NCBI RefSeq assembly: GCF_001194135.2
Contig: NC_068983.1
Span: 53,775,666-53,839,665, forward strand
From: Octopus bimaculoides
Taxonomy: Eukaryota
Reading direction: 5' to 3'
DNA: 64,000 nt
Shown here: in pieces, positions 11,565-23,084 of the stretch
How the letters are laid out: every line of letters begins with the position of its first letter
How positions within the stretch are numbered: the stretch's first letter is position 1
Program-made: the position numbers and the translations under genes
Notes under the pieces: generated by a model
What the model was told of the DNA's origin: nothing
Seen by the model: only the letters and a program-made list of their open reading frames with translations
Databases searched by the model: none

Positions 11565-12392
11565 CAAATCTTTTGTCTTACCATCCCTGTTGTATTCCTG
11601 TGAAACTTGGACTTGTTAGGAAGAGCATTTTAAACTGTTAGAACAATTCCACCAAAAATGCCTTCATTGCATTTTTAAAATTAAATGAAGTTCTTTTACT
11701 CCAAACACAGATGTTCTTGCTTCTGCAGGCATCACCTCAATTAAAGCTATGATTTTAAGGAACCAATTGAGAAGGTGTGGCCATATTGTTCGAATGGCAG
11801 ATGAACGCATGCGGAAACAGCTGTTTTATGGTGAGCTTGCAGAGGGGAAACAAATCGACATAAACCTAAAAAATGGTTTAAGGACAGCATAAAGACTACT
11901 ATGAAGTCACTTGGAATGGTTCCAGAAAATATAGAAACCCTTGCTTCGGATCAAGTTGGATGGTAAACAAAGGTGTGAAGTGGAGTGAAAGCATTTGAAG
12001 AGGCCAGGATAATGAAAGTAAGACTCAAAAGAGATCTAAGGAAGAATGTAACGATCGAGAAGGTGAATGACAATGACCTTTTTGAGTGCACAGTCTGTGA
12101 CAGACCATGCCTCTCTTTGGCTGGCCTCAAATCTCATTTGCGAACACTTGGAAAACGAACCTCCACCAACTATTCTGACTATATGTCTGTGCACACCTTT
12201 GGATGCAGTGTATGCCAAAAGGTTTGCAAATCCAACGGAGGCCTCAAAAGACATGTTGAGATCCACAAAGAGCAGAACTTATCTGGAGGTATTGGTGGTC
12301 CAAATCTGAGGTGCAATCTATGCGGGTGTTTTTTCAGAACATTGTTTGGTTGAAAAAGCCACATCAGACGCCATGATGGTGCTAAGGTGTAG
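11565..12392 (+). pseudogene. RTE/BovB-like LINE 3' fragment ending in three C2H2 zinc fingers
   Basis: VLPSLLYSCETWT...LEQFHQKCL...QLRRCGHIVRMADERMRKQLFYGEL (RT thumb and C-terminus). It is followed by CTVCDRPC..SHLRTL, CSVCQKVC..RHVEIH and CNLCGCFF..*KSHIRRH, with several stops. Confidence 0.9.
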
Positions 12393-12459
12393 GTACAGGA
12401 AGTGGTCAAACTCTGTATAAGGAGTAGACAACCACCATATATATTATATNNNNNNNNNN

Positions 12460-12502
<43 letters not shown>

Positions 12503-12589
12503 TCATACATATATATATATATTATATATATATAGATACACACACACACACATCTCTCTCTATATATATATGTCTGTATGTGTATCTTT

Positions 12590-12995
12590 TATATTTTACT
12601 TGTTTCAGTCATTAGACTGTGACCATGCTGGAGCACCACCTTGAAGAATTTTTAGTCAAATGAATCAACCCCAGTACTTATTTTTTCTATAAGACTGATA
12701 CTTATTTTATTGGCTTCTTTTGCCAAACTGCTAAGTTATGGTGATGTAAACAAACCAACACCAATTGTCAACTGGTGCTGGGGGACAAATACAAGCATAA
12801 TGACACACACACACACACACACACACACATGCAATGTGTTTCTTTCAGCTTCCATCTTCCAAGTTCACTCACAAAGCTTTGGTTGGTCTGCAGCATTAGT
12901 AGAAGACATTTGCCTAAGGTGCCACACATGCAGCAGGACTGAACCCAGAACCATGTGGTTGAGAAGCAAGCTTATTACCACACAGCCACTGTAGC
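12590..12995 (-). mobile_element. SINE family B
   Basis: Reverse complement of the family B head, core and tail. Confidence 0.85.
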
Positions 12996-13415
12996 ACGCT
13001 TCCCAAACTTTAAAGCATTAGTTACCAAAGCATTCCCCAAGACAGATTTCCTTATAAATTCCATCCCTGCTATCATATATAAATAAACCTCTTACATTAA
13101 ACTGGTTCTAACCAATGAGTGTTTAACTGGTAAATAAACATCTATGAGGAAGTGCATATGCAGTTATTGACCACTGCAGGTCATTCCTCTCTTTGAAATT
13201 GTTTCATACTGTTTGAAAAGTGAACAAAAAAGATTTACAGGATGTAATTTTCAATACAGGACCACCATAGTTCCTGTGCGAATTGAAGTGCCTTTTTTTT
13301 TTTCTTTTGCAGAACTCTGCAATAAAATGGAAAAGTGATCGTCATCTCAGCTTTTCAATATTAAAGGTCTAAATTTTGTGGCTGAGCCTCATGAGTTAAA
13401 TCTGGCCAGCCTGAT

Positions 13416-13450
<35 letters not shown>

Positions 13451-13619
13451 CAGACCATATAGAGTTGTTTTCCTTCCCACCAGTGATGTAGGTTTTTACT
13501 ATGTTTGTAATTGATGGTGCTGCAGGCTCCAGACTGAAGACAGCTAAAGAAATGTAGTAATCCTATCATTGACACAGAAACTTGAAGTCTTGTATGTGAG
13601 TCTCCATAACTGTATCATC

Positions 13620-13815
13620 CAGTGTATATGTGGCTGACCCCTAAGGGTGGATGTTACTGTTACTTTTAGCCCCAGGAGAACATCTCCTCCAGCTGGCTAT
13701 CGACATACATCTGTGTCCTGTCTGTATTTGCAAAGGGAAGTCATCCTTCCCATCTTGATCTGCGATACATACGGACTCAAGTTTCTGGGTAGTTTCCTGT
13801 CCTCAGCATACTGAC
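13620..13815 (-). mobile_element. Diverged relative of the hammerhead-bearing ~355-bp repeat unit
   Basis: Shares gatgttactgtt..tagc..acatctcctccagctggct..tgtgtc..gtatttgc..gtttctgggtagtt with 14419-15058. Confidence 0.75.
13768..13812 (-). ncRNA. Type I hammerhead motif, helix II decayed
   Basis: Minus strand: gtatg-CUGAGGA-caggaaactaccca-GAA-ACUUGAGU-C-cgtat; cleavage triplet GUC. Confidence 0.65.
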
Positions 13816-14629
13816 TTTTAATGAATCATAGATTACATAGCAAAAACAAAAATACAGTGTTAAAAAAATATCCATCCAAGTGAAAGTTATAAGACAACAA
13901 AACAAAATAAGCAAAACTAATGAAAAAAATTAACTGGAAACTAATATATATAATTAGAGAATAGACATCAATATGTATTCATATTTCTATGCTCCTGTGA
14001 AATGTTTTTGTAAAAATGTTTCATAGGATTGTAACCAAAACATCTTGCATACTATTTCTGGTTATTTTACATTCTTGCAGCGCTGTTTGCAAATATTCAT
14101 ATATCACCTTTCAAATATATTTATTCTTTCCTATTTAAAATAATACAAACTTACCTCACTTTCTTTCCTGGGGTTTCAAGTTTCTTTTCATTGTGATATT
14201 CAGCAGTGTTTGTTATGAATACCCACGGTTAAATGGAGCGTGAGATTATTAATTGTCAAATTGCTGTGGCAATTATTATGCAAATAGGGTGTATGCTTGT
14301 CAGTGTGAAAAGAGTTTCAACGAAAAATTCTATCCAGAACAACAACACAAATTTATGCATACATACCTACATAGAAGATATATACTATATATGCTGATAT
14401 ACATATATATATATGCTATATTAAATTTCTAAGCGAGAGGTAAACAGTAACAGTATGGAATTGTAAAATATATTTGCCAACTAAATGTGGCAGCCCCGTA
14501 GAGGACGATGTTACTGTTGTTATTAGCTCCAGAAAGACATCTCCTCCAGCTGGCTAACAACACACTGTCTGTGTCCCATTAGTATTTGCAAGGAGAGGTT
14601 ATCACTCCCATCTCTAGCCTTACGTGATA

Positions 14630-14674
14630 CGCATGGACCCGGGTTTCTGGGTAGTTACCCATCTTCAGTGTGTG
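14630..14674 (-). ncRNA. Type I hammerhead, unit 1 (core, helix II and helix III intact; helix I mismatched)
   Basis: Minus strand: cacaca-CUGAAGA-tgggt(aact)accca-GAA-ACCCGGGU-C-catgcg. Confidence 0.8.
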
Positions 14675-14982
14675 ATAGTCACCAGCTAGTGATGAAAACT
14701 CATTCCACTCGCAAAATACTATATGCTTTTTCTAGCGACAAATTGTCGCTGATCTTGAAAAAGGAGAAATAATCTATATTAAATCTCTGAGCAAGAGGTA
14801 AACAGTAACAGTACGGAATCGTAAATTGTATTTGCCAACTAAATGTGGCGGTCCCATAGAAGACAATGTTACTGTTGTTTTTAGCTCAAGGAAGACATCT
14901 CCAGCTGGCTGATGACACTGTCTGTGTCTGATTAGTATTTGCGAGGGAAGGTCATCGCTCCCATCTCTAGCCTTATGTGATA

Positions 14983-15027
14983 CACACAGAGCCGGGTTTC
15001 TGGGTAGTTACCCATCTTCAGTGTGTG
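14983..15027 (-). ncRNA. Type I hammerhead, unit 2 (helix I perfect; one helix III substitution)
   Basis: Minus strand: cacaca-CUGAAGA-tgggt(aact)accca-GAA-ACCCGGCU-C-tgtgtg. Confidence 0.8.
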
Positions 15028-15058
15028 ATAGTCACCAGCTAGTGATGAAAACTCATTC

Positions 15059-16838
15059 CGTGGAGGGCATGCCTGAGAGGGCCACCACAAATTGTAGTGG
15101 TCCCAGTACAGTTCTCTGTGGGACTCCGCTGAGAATTGGTGTCTCTTCAGAGTTAGCACCATTGGCTACAGCTGTCTGACTCCTGCCCTTCAGAAAGTCA
15201 TTCAGCCACTCTCCCAGTTTCCCAGTAATACCAAGGTTTTGCAGCTTGTGACGTATCATGCCATGATCAACCTTGTCAAAGGCTTTGGCAAAGTCGATGT
15301 ATATCACGTCAACAGCTGACTGGTTTAGCTATTGTTTCAGAACCCAGTCAAAGTGCTACAGCATCTGTATAAGGCAGCTTATCCCTGGACAGAAGCCATG
15401 TTGTATGTTTGTGAGAAGTTTGTTTTCTTCTAGGAATGTGATCATCCTTTCTCTTACAATGCGTTCCATTGTCTTGCTAACATGTGAGATCAGAGAGGTG
15501 GGCCTGTAGTTTTTAGCATCTGCTCTGCTCCCTCCTTTATGGAAAGGGCATATTATACCCTCTTTTAGCATGTTGGGAAGTTTACCACATGCAAGGAAAC
15601 TCTGCAAGAGCCTTTTTACAAGTGTTTAAGAGAACAGCCAGGAGTCCATCTGGGCCTGTTGCTGAGTTTAATCTCATCTCATCAATAGCCAATATTACAT
15701 CCTCTTCTGTTATGTTGATGTAATCAATGGTTGCCTATTTTCCAAATAGATTTGTTACATTGAAAAACTCTTCAGGCTTGTTTATTTGCATATTTTCCAG
15801 TGGAGAAGTAAAATCACTTCAGAATTGTTTATTTTGTGCTTCACTTATCTTCCCCAGGTCTGCAGTTAGTGAGCCACTTTTACCAAATAGTGGTCCTATG
15901 TTATAGTGTACTGAGGCAAACTCCTTTGTCAATGTTTAGAAACTTTAGGATTTCTTTTATATTTTTGACTGCCCAGATTTCTCTTTCTTCTCTTCCTTTT
16001 TCATGGGAGATTTTGAGATTATTTTCAATCTCAAAGAGTTCTTCTGTCAGGTGGAAATTCAGTCATTGAGATGTTTGTTTAAACAATTCGAGATCTTTAT
16101 TCTCTGCTGCATGAGTATTCTCCTGTGTCGAGGAATGATGTTTTTGTGTGTATTGGCTCTCTTCTCTGGGACATATTTAATGCATATGGCTCGCATTATT
16201 GACATGAATTTATTGAGTTTCATATCTATGTCTTGCATAGAGAAGCTTTTACGCCAGTCCTGTTGGAGTATCTGTTTTTCCAGTGACTTCCAGTCAGCCT
16301 CACAGAAATTTAGGCTGGATAGGGTTTGAGTGCCATCTGTGCAGAGTTTATCTTCAGTTAATTCCAAGCCATATATTGTCAGTTCTATCATGTTATAGTC
16401 TGAGAATATTGTCTGTGATATATTTACATTGTGGATGATTTCCACATTGTTTGTAAAACAGAAGTCCAGGATATTTTTGTGCCTGGTTGGAGAGAGTATG
16501 ATCTGCTCCATGAATAGCATTTTCATAAGATCAAATAAAGACTCTGCTTGATTTCGCTCTTTGTGTGTCATTCCTAGGGTTATGTTGCCCTCAAGCCACC
16601 TGATGTTGGGGACTTGAAGTCACCCATCAGGAGTATAGTAGTATGTTGATCCAATTGTGTTAGTACTTCCTTTATCGCACTGAGGCTTTCCTCAAATTTT
16701 CCATCATGATTTGAGGCAACAGGTGGGTGATATAGTGTGCATATCACTATATCAAGTTGCTTTAGATGAACTACGAGTGAGTCACACACCAAGTTTGAGT
16801 TTGGAAGCAGGGTTAATGGTGTGACATCTTCGCAGATA
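15059..16838 (-). pseudogene. CR1/L2-group LINE ORF2 fragment (AP endonuclease plus N-terminal RT), truncated at both ends
   Basis: ICTLYHPP..LLMGDF; SPTRHKNILDFCFTN..SDYN; HKGGSRADAKNYRPTSLISHVSK; YIDFAKAFDKVDHG; SGVPQRTVLGPLQF. Frameshifted. Confidence 0.92.
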
Positions 16839-16842
16839 TATA

Positions 16843-18435
16843 TTAGGTGGAGCGAAAAATGCAACTTTCAAAATTGGTAACCAAGAATCGATATTTTGAT
16901 GCAAATTAAGGTTAAAAGAAAGGTGTATAAAGAACTTTGTGGTTAAGTATATTTTTCAGGCTCTGCAATGCAATTTTTCTAAATTGCTATTTTTGGTCGA
17001 ATTTTGGCTTTCATGGATTATAAGTCGTAACGATTAATATTTCTACGTAGCTGAAGGCAAAACATTAAATATATTATCCATAAAAGGTTGCATACCAAGT
17101 TTCAATATAAATGACTAATATCTTGAGGTTCTGCATTGACAACAAAGAGAATGGGAGTGTGAACTTCTCTCCAGTGCCGCTGCAATGGTCGTTGTGTGTG
17201 GACGTATGTCATACATGTGTGAAGTTTTCTGCTTTGCACCTTGACTTTAGGCCATTGTATTAAAATTAACGATCGTGTTAAATTTAGTGTTCTTTACATT
17301 TAGTGATGACTCACAAGCAAATAACGTGTCATGATATTGAATGCCCGGCATTTGGTACTGCATGTGATTTTAGCGAGCGAGTTTTGCCAACTTACAAGGA
17401 CGTACTAAAATGTGTTTTATTTGAATGAGAAAAAGAAAAGAATGTAGTTAAGAAAGATCCTTCAATTAAGCAAATTGTCAAGATTGTAGCAGAAAAGATA
17501 ATTCTTCTTTGGCAAAAGGTATTCTTCCTTTGTGTTACAATTGAGTCAATTAAACCGAAAATCTTAAACCAAGAATTACTAAAATCTGTGAAAAATAGAA
17601 AAAAATGTGCCATCGTTTCAAACAAAGGGTAATGTGTTTAAAAAACAATGCAACAAAAGATTTATTTGACATTTCTTGTTGCAAGTGCAACTCCTTTAAA
17701 AGCTGCAGTTGTAGTGGAGACAAAAATGTAGCAGAGAGAGAAGAAAATTTTTTACAGGATCAACAGACAAATTGAAAAAATGATCATTGGCAGAATAGAT
17801 CAAGCGGTATCTGAAGAGAGCATTAAGAGGTTGATTAGAGAGAATCGGCCAGATTACAGTCACCCTTCTATGTCAGCAAAGGTAAATTTAAGATTTTCAG
17901 TTTAACTGACTCAGTCATAGCACAAGGGATGGATGCCTTTTTCCAAAGAAGAATTATCTTTTCTGCTACAATCTTGACAATTTGTTTAATTTATTTTAAT
18001 ATATGTGTAATCTAGACCTCATGTAACACATATATTTGGAAGCCATCTCATATGCAACACATATATAAAGAAAACAAAGTTGCAAAGTCTATTTATGTCA
18101 CATAATTTCGAAATTTTAAGTATGTTGCGGAGCCTGAAGATATAAATTTTAGAGCTTGAGATTTTAACACGCTTATTTTTCAAAGATTTTGCAAAAGAAA
18201 ATTAATTCGTAATAATGAATGTAAAAATAAAATGAGGAATGGCAAACGAGTTATAAATTGATTTTTTTTTGCTCATTATTCAAAATTTCAAGTTGGCTGC
18301 GGAGCCTGAAGATGTAGATTTAAGAACTTCAGATTTTAACACAATTGTTTTTTTAAGATTTCGCAATAGAAAATAGATTCTTAAAACCATATTTTGAAAA
18401 TCTGTGTAAAATGTACATTTTTTGCTCCACCCTAA
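16843..18435 (+). mobile_element. Internally deleted TIR DNA transposon, tentatively Sola-like
   Basis: TIRs TTAGG(G)TGGAGC(G)AAAAATG and catttttgctccaccctaa, flanked by TATA. The internal remnant at about 17382-17870 reads LPTYKDVLKCVL...LFDISCCKCNSFKSCSCSGDKNVAEREENFLQDQQT..MIIGRID. The superfamily call is from recalled motif similarity only. Confidence 0.6.
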
Positions 18436-18699
18436 TATACATACACACATGTATGAAAATCTCAAGAGCTTTACAAAATTTGCCAATGTCTTAATAAATT
18501 ATGTTAATTGTATGCAGTGTTGTTATAGGTTAAGTTCTATTTAAACAAAGACAGATAAATGTACTTATTTTCCTTTTACTGGCTTCAATCATTAAGTCCT
18601 TCACATAACTTATTTTATTGTCATTTTCAGGGATGCAAGATAATGTCAACATCGAAGTAAACAAACATAAACTGGGTGGTAATAAACACCATGGAGTAA

Positions 18700-19235
18700 C
18701 AAGAATGTGCCTGGCTAAGTGGTTAGGGTATTTAGCTCACAATCATAGGGTTGTGAGTTTGAAACCCAGCTGCATATTGTGACCTTGGGCAAGACACTTT
18801 ATTTTGCATTGCTCCTGACCACTCAGCTGACAAAAACGAGTTGTACCTGTATTTCAAAGCGCCATCCTTGTCACATTCTGTGTGTCTGAGAACTACATTA
18901 ACCCTTTTGTTACCATATTTCTGTTGAGATATTCTGAGTTTCTTTCAATTAATTTTAAATAACAAAGAATTTTGTAAAATAACTTACTTATCATTAAACT
19001 GGTGTTAGGAACATAAATTGTGACTAGGGTTTGCTGGAAGATTTTAATTCAGAACCTTTGAAAATAAGACATTTGTACTACAGAGCCAGAGGTGGTTTCA
19101 AGTAGGTTGATATCAAAAGGGTTAAGGGTACACATGTTTGGGGAGTGCTCAGCCACTTGCACATTATTTTCATGAGCCGGTTATTTTGTTGGTTGGATCA
19201 GTTGGAACCCTCATCGTCATAACCGATCGAGCGCC
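18700..19235 (+). mobile_element. tRNA-type SINE family C, interrupted by a piggyBac MITE at its TTAA
   Basis: Head gtgcctggctaagtggttaggg...gtttgaaaccc. Family C continues ctacattaa|MITE|ttaagggtacacatg, matching uninterrupted ctacgttaagggtacacgtg in other copies. Confidence 0.85.
18902..19121. mobile_element. piggyBac-type MITE with TTAA target duplication
   Basis: TTAA at 18898-18901 and 19122-19125. Confidence 0.9.
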
Positions 19236-19519
19236 AGCTGTGGTATCAGCCCACTCTGATACACATTCCCTAATGCTGGACATTGTTACAAAGTGGCAAG
19301 CTGACAGAATTGTTACTGCACAGCACAAAATTCTTAATGGAATTTGAACTCAGAATGTAATGATCTGGAGGAAATACCCATGGGGCTTATGTAATGAGAT
19401 AACACTGCATTAGACCAGAAGCTTAGGCAAAAGTTTATAAACTCTCTTGCTTCAAGTGCTAGGGTCATGATAAACGCTGAAGTCCTTCAAGCAGATAGGT
19501 TTCTTTTTTTCTTGTTTAA

Positions 19520-19743
19520 CCCTTTAGCATTTAAACAGGCCATATCCAGCCAAAATATTCTCTCTGTTTTATGTTCAATCTGGCCATATCCAACCTCTCG
19601 CACCTGCCTTACAATGTTAGCCTAAAAAATATACAGCCACATAATCGAAATCTCAAGGCTACAAGTTGATGCAGGATAAATTCAAAACAATGTAAATAAG
19701 TTAATATTACTACATTTTATTGAGTAATCTGAATGCTAAAGGG
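19520..19743. mobile_element. Second piggyBac-type MITE family
   Basis: TTAA|CCCTTTAGCATT...AATGCTAAAGGG|TTAA; related pieces at 1-115, about 7275-7360 and about 22060-22150. Confidence 0.85.
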
Positions 19744-19996
19744 TTAATAGGAATTCAAGCAGGTGCTTTTTATGTGACACCAGCACAAAAGCTTTTTATG
19801 TGGCACACACACACACACACACTCACAGGCATACACATAACATAGAATAAAACAGGAGAGATTGTTTATAAGATATTTAGTTACACTATCCTACACACAT
19901 TTCATTAACAAAAAATAATTATTGGTGACATAACCAAAAGGCATTGTCAAATCCTTAGAGACTTGTAAACTATATGTAACATTACTTGATTCTTGA

Positions 19997-20215
19997 ATTC
20001 TTTTCTACTCTAGGCACAAGGCCCGAAATGTTTGGAGAGGGGGCCCAGTCAATTAGATCGATCCCAGTATGCGACTGATACTTGATTTATTGAGCCAGGC
20101 AGGATGAAAGGCAAAGTCAACCTCAGCAGAATTTGAACTCAGAACGTAAAGACAGACAAAATACTGCTAAGCATTTCGCCAGGCATGCTAATGTTTCTGC
20201 CAGCTCGCCGCCTTA
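19997..20215 (-). mobile_element. SINE family A
   Basis: Full head gccagctcgccgcc on the plus strand, plus core. Confidence 0.85.
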
Positions 20216-21443
20216 ATTGATTCTTGAATTGTTGATGGAGGTAGTCAGTATAGATATAATATTTGTGTGTATACATACATACATACATACATACATACAT
20301 ACATACAGACATACATATGGATGTGTATGTATGCATATACACACAAACACAAATGATTTATATTTATATATTATTTCTATGTTGACAACAATAAAAAACA
20401 ATATGTGCAAATGAAGGGAATGAGTCAGTGCAGGAAAAAGTGCTGAGAGCAATGAAAAATTAAAGTTTGTGGGAGTAAGAAAATGTATCTAAAGAATAAA
20501 TTCAGTAGACCATGAACAATAAAAATCTACAGAGAATGAAGACAAGAAATCATAATAGGTGTGACGTGTATTAAAGTGTCACAACCAAATGTATGTTCTA
20601 TAAAACATACTTTTATACAAATGCATCATCATCATCGTTTAACGTCTGCTTTCCATGCTGGCATGGGTTGAACGGTTTGACTGAGGACTGGCAAGCCAGG
20701 AGGCTGTACCAGGCTCTAATCTGATCTGGCATTGTTTCTACAGCTGGATGCCCTTCAATACAGGCACAGATAGGGCTGTGTGGTAAGAAGTTTGCTTGTT
20801 TCCTGATACATTTGTTCAGCATTCAACCCCACTGTGTGGTATCTCAGGCAAATGTCTTCTGCTAGAGCCCTGGGCTAAACAAAACCATGCGAGTATATTT
20901 GGAAACTGAAAGATTATTGAATATGTGTGCATGTATGTGTGTGTATACACACACATATTAATATCAACTGTGACAGACTAGTGTCTCGTGTAAGAGGGAA
21001 TATACCTGCCACAGAAACCATGAAACTAACCCCATGAGCCTCTATGATGCAAGAATTCTTCATATTTATCAACATAGTGGTGTACTAGGGCAGCAAGCTG
21101 GAAGAATCATTAGCATGCCGGGTGAAATGCTTAGCGGTATTTCATCTGTCTTTACGTTCTGAGTTCAAATTCTGCCGAGGTCAACTTTGCCTTTCATCCT
21201 TTCGGGGACAATAAATTAAGTACCAGTTGCATACTGAGGTTGATCTAATCAACTGGCCCCCTCTCGAAGACACTAGTCTGTCACAGAGTTACTCATTTTT
21301 CCAGCTGTGTGGACTGGAGCACCATGGATGAAGTGTTTTGCTCAAAAACACAATGCCTCACCTGACCCAGTAATCAAAACTGCATTCATGAGTCCAACAC
21401 CTTGACCACTAACCTATGTGCCTCCAAACTCAACAACATCGAA

Positions 21444-21501
<58 letters not shown>

Positions 21502-21815
21502 ATATAGATTTAATCAAAAGATTAAAAGTGGTACTTAAAATGTTTGAGGCACCAGAACTTGGTAGGGTAAAACCAAAAACAAAATGAAGAGATTTGGTGA
21601 ATAAAATTTGAAGAAAAGCAACAAAAATTCAATAGGTTATAGCAGTACGTATGTTTCGTACAAGCTCCATTTATTCATGTAGTGAGAACACTACATAGAA
21701 TGTACAATGAAAATGATGACACAGACATATATACATATATATGTATGTATATATACAATAATACATGCATATATACATATATGTATATATGTATATATAT
21801 GTATGTATATACATA

Positions 21816-21896
<81 letters not shown>

Positions 21897-22199
21897 ATTT
21901 ATATACATAAGGATAAGATGTATATATGTGTGTATATATATGTGTGTGTGTGTGTAAATAACAAATGAAGACAGAAGATGGAATATACGAGATTATATTA
22001 ATAATCACAACAGTTGTTTCGACACCTTGAGCATCATCTCAAAACAATGAAATAATTCATCAAAGTCTCAAAGTGATGAGATAATTTTCAATTAATTCAA
22101 AACGATGTGAATAAATAAGAATTACATTTGGTGGAGTAACCTGAAAGCTAAAGATTTTATGGTGTAAAATGTATGCTTATGGAACAAATATTTTATCAT

Positions 22200-23065
22200 C
22201 TCCCACAAAACTCTCATAGCTATAATTCAGAAGAGACTTTTGGAATCATATCAGATGGTTTATATCCTGAGTGACACACATCTCAGGTAACATAGACCAT
22301 ACCACAAAGGAGAAGGTTTCATAATATACATAATTTATGCATCCACAAGATTAATATACATGACTCGTGCATCAGTACATGGATGTCATACAAACAAGAT
22401 TCATTAACTAATTGGAGATGACACCTCATTAGATATACAAGTTTTCAAAATAAAACCTGCAAGACAAAACCTATCAATAAACACACATGTACATGTGTAC
22501 ACACACACACACACTGACAATACCAACCATCTTATCAGACAACACACCCAAATTAAAACATTTTGTCACTTTCCCAAATATTATGCTTAGAGAAGACTAT
22601 AAATACATGCAATGCATCCTGTTTTTACAAATTTGGAAGTACAGAGATTTCATAAGTGTCACACACACACACACACATGCACACACACACACACACACAC
22701 ATGTACACACACACACACACACACACACCTCACCATGGCAACTTCAATAACTCCCTTGTGTTCCATGCCAGTGTGCAACAAACACTTGGTAAGAAGTCCC
22801 CCAACTCCCTCAGTCCACTAACTGATTATCATAATTTATGCACCCACATCAATGTAGATCTTAAAATCACTTTTACAAAATTGAAAGCAAAAAAAGAAAT
22901 AAAAATAAAAAAAGGCCAGTGGAACAAGTTTCATCAAGAAATGAAGTTAAAGTTTTCAGAATTAAATGACAGCACAACCAACAACATACACAGAGCAGTC
23001 CATACTTTCAATGAGATAATTATAGACATATTTGTAAAACATTCTCCATATGGCATTTATTAAAA
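22200..23065 (+). pseudogene. I/Jockey-group LINE endonuclease remnant broken by CA microsatellites
   Basis: AIIQ...HKGEG...SLDIQVFKIK, then LTDYHNL..KKGQWNKF..RAVHTFNEII..KHSPYG. Confidence 0.5.
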
Positions 23066-23084
23066 CCGCAATTATATATAAGGC

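Larger units (their letters stand above)
14419..15058 (-). repeat. Tandem dimer of a ~355-bp unit, one hammerhead per unit (retrozyme-like)
   Basis: Unit 1 at about 14419-14776; unit 2 at 14777-15058, truncated at the CR1 junction. Both include gaggtaaacagtaacagt...tttgccaactaaatgtggc...gatgaaaactcattcc. Confidence 0.9.
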
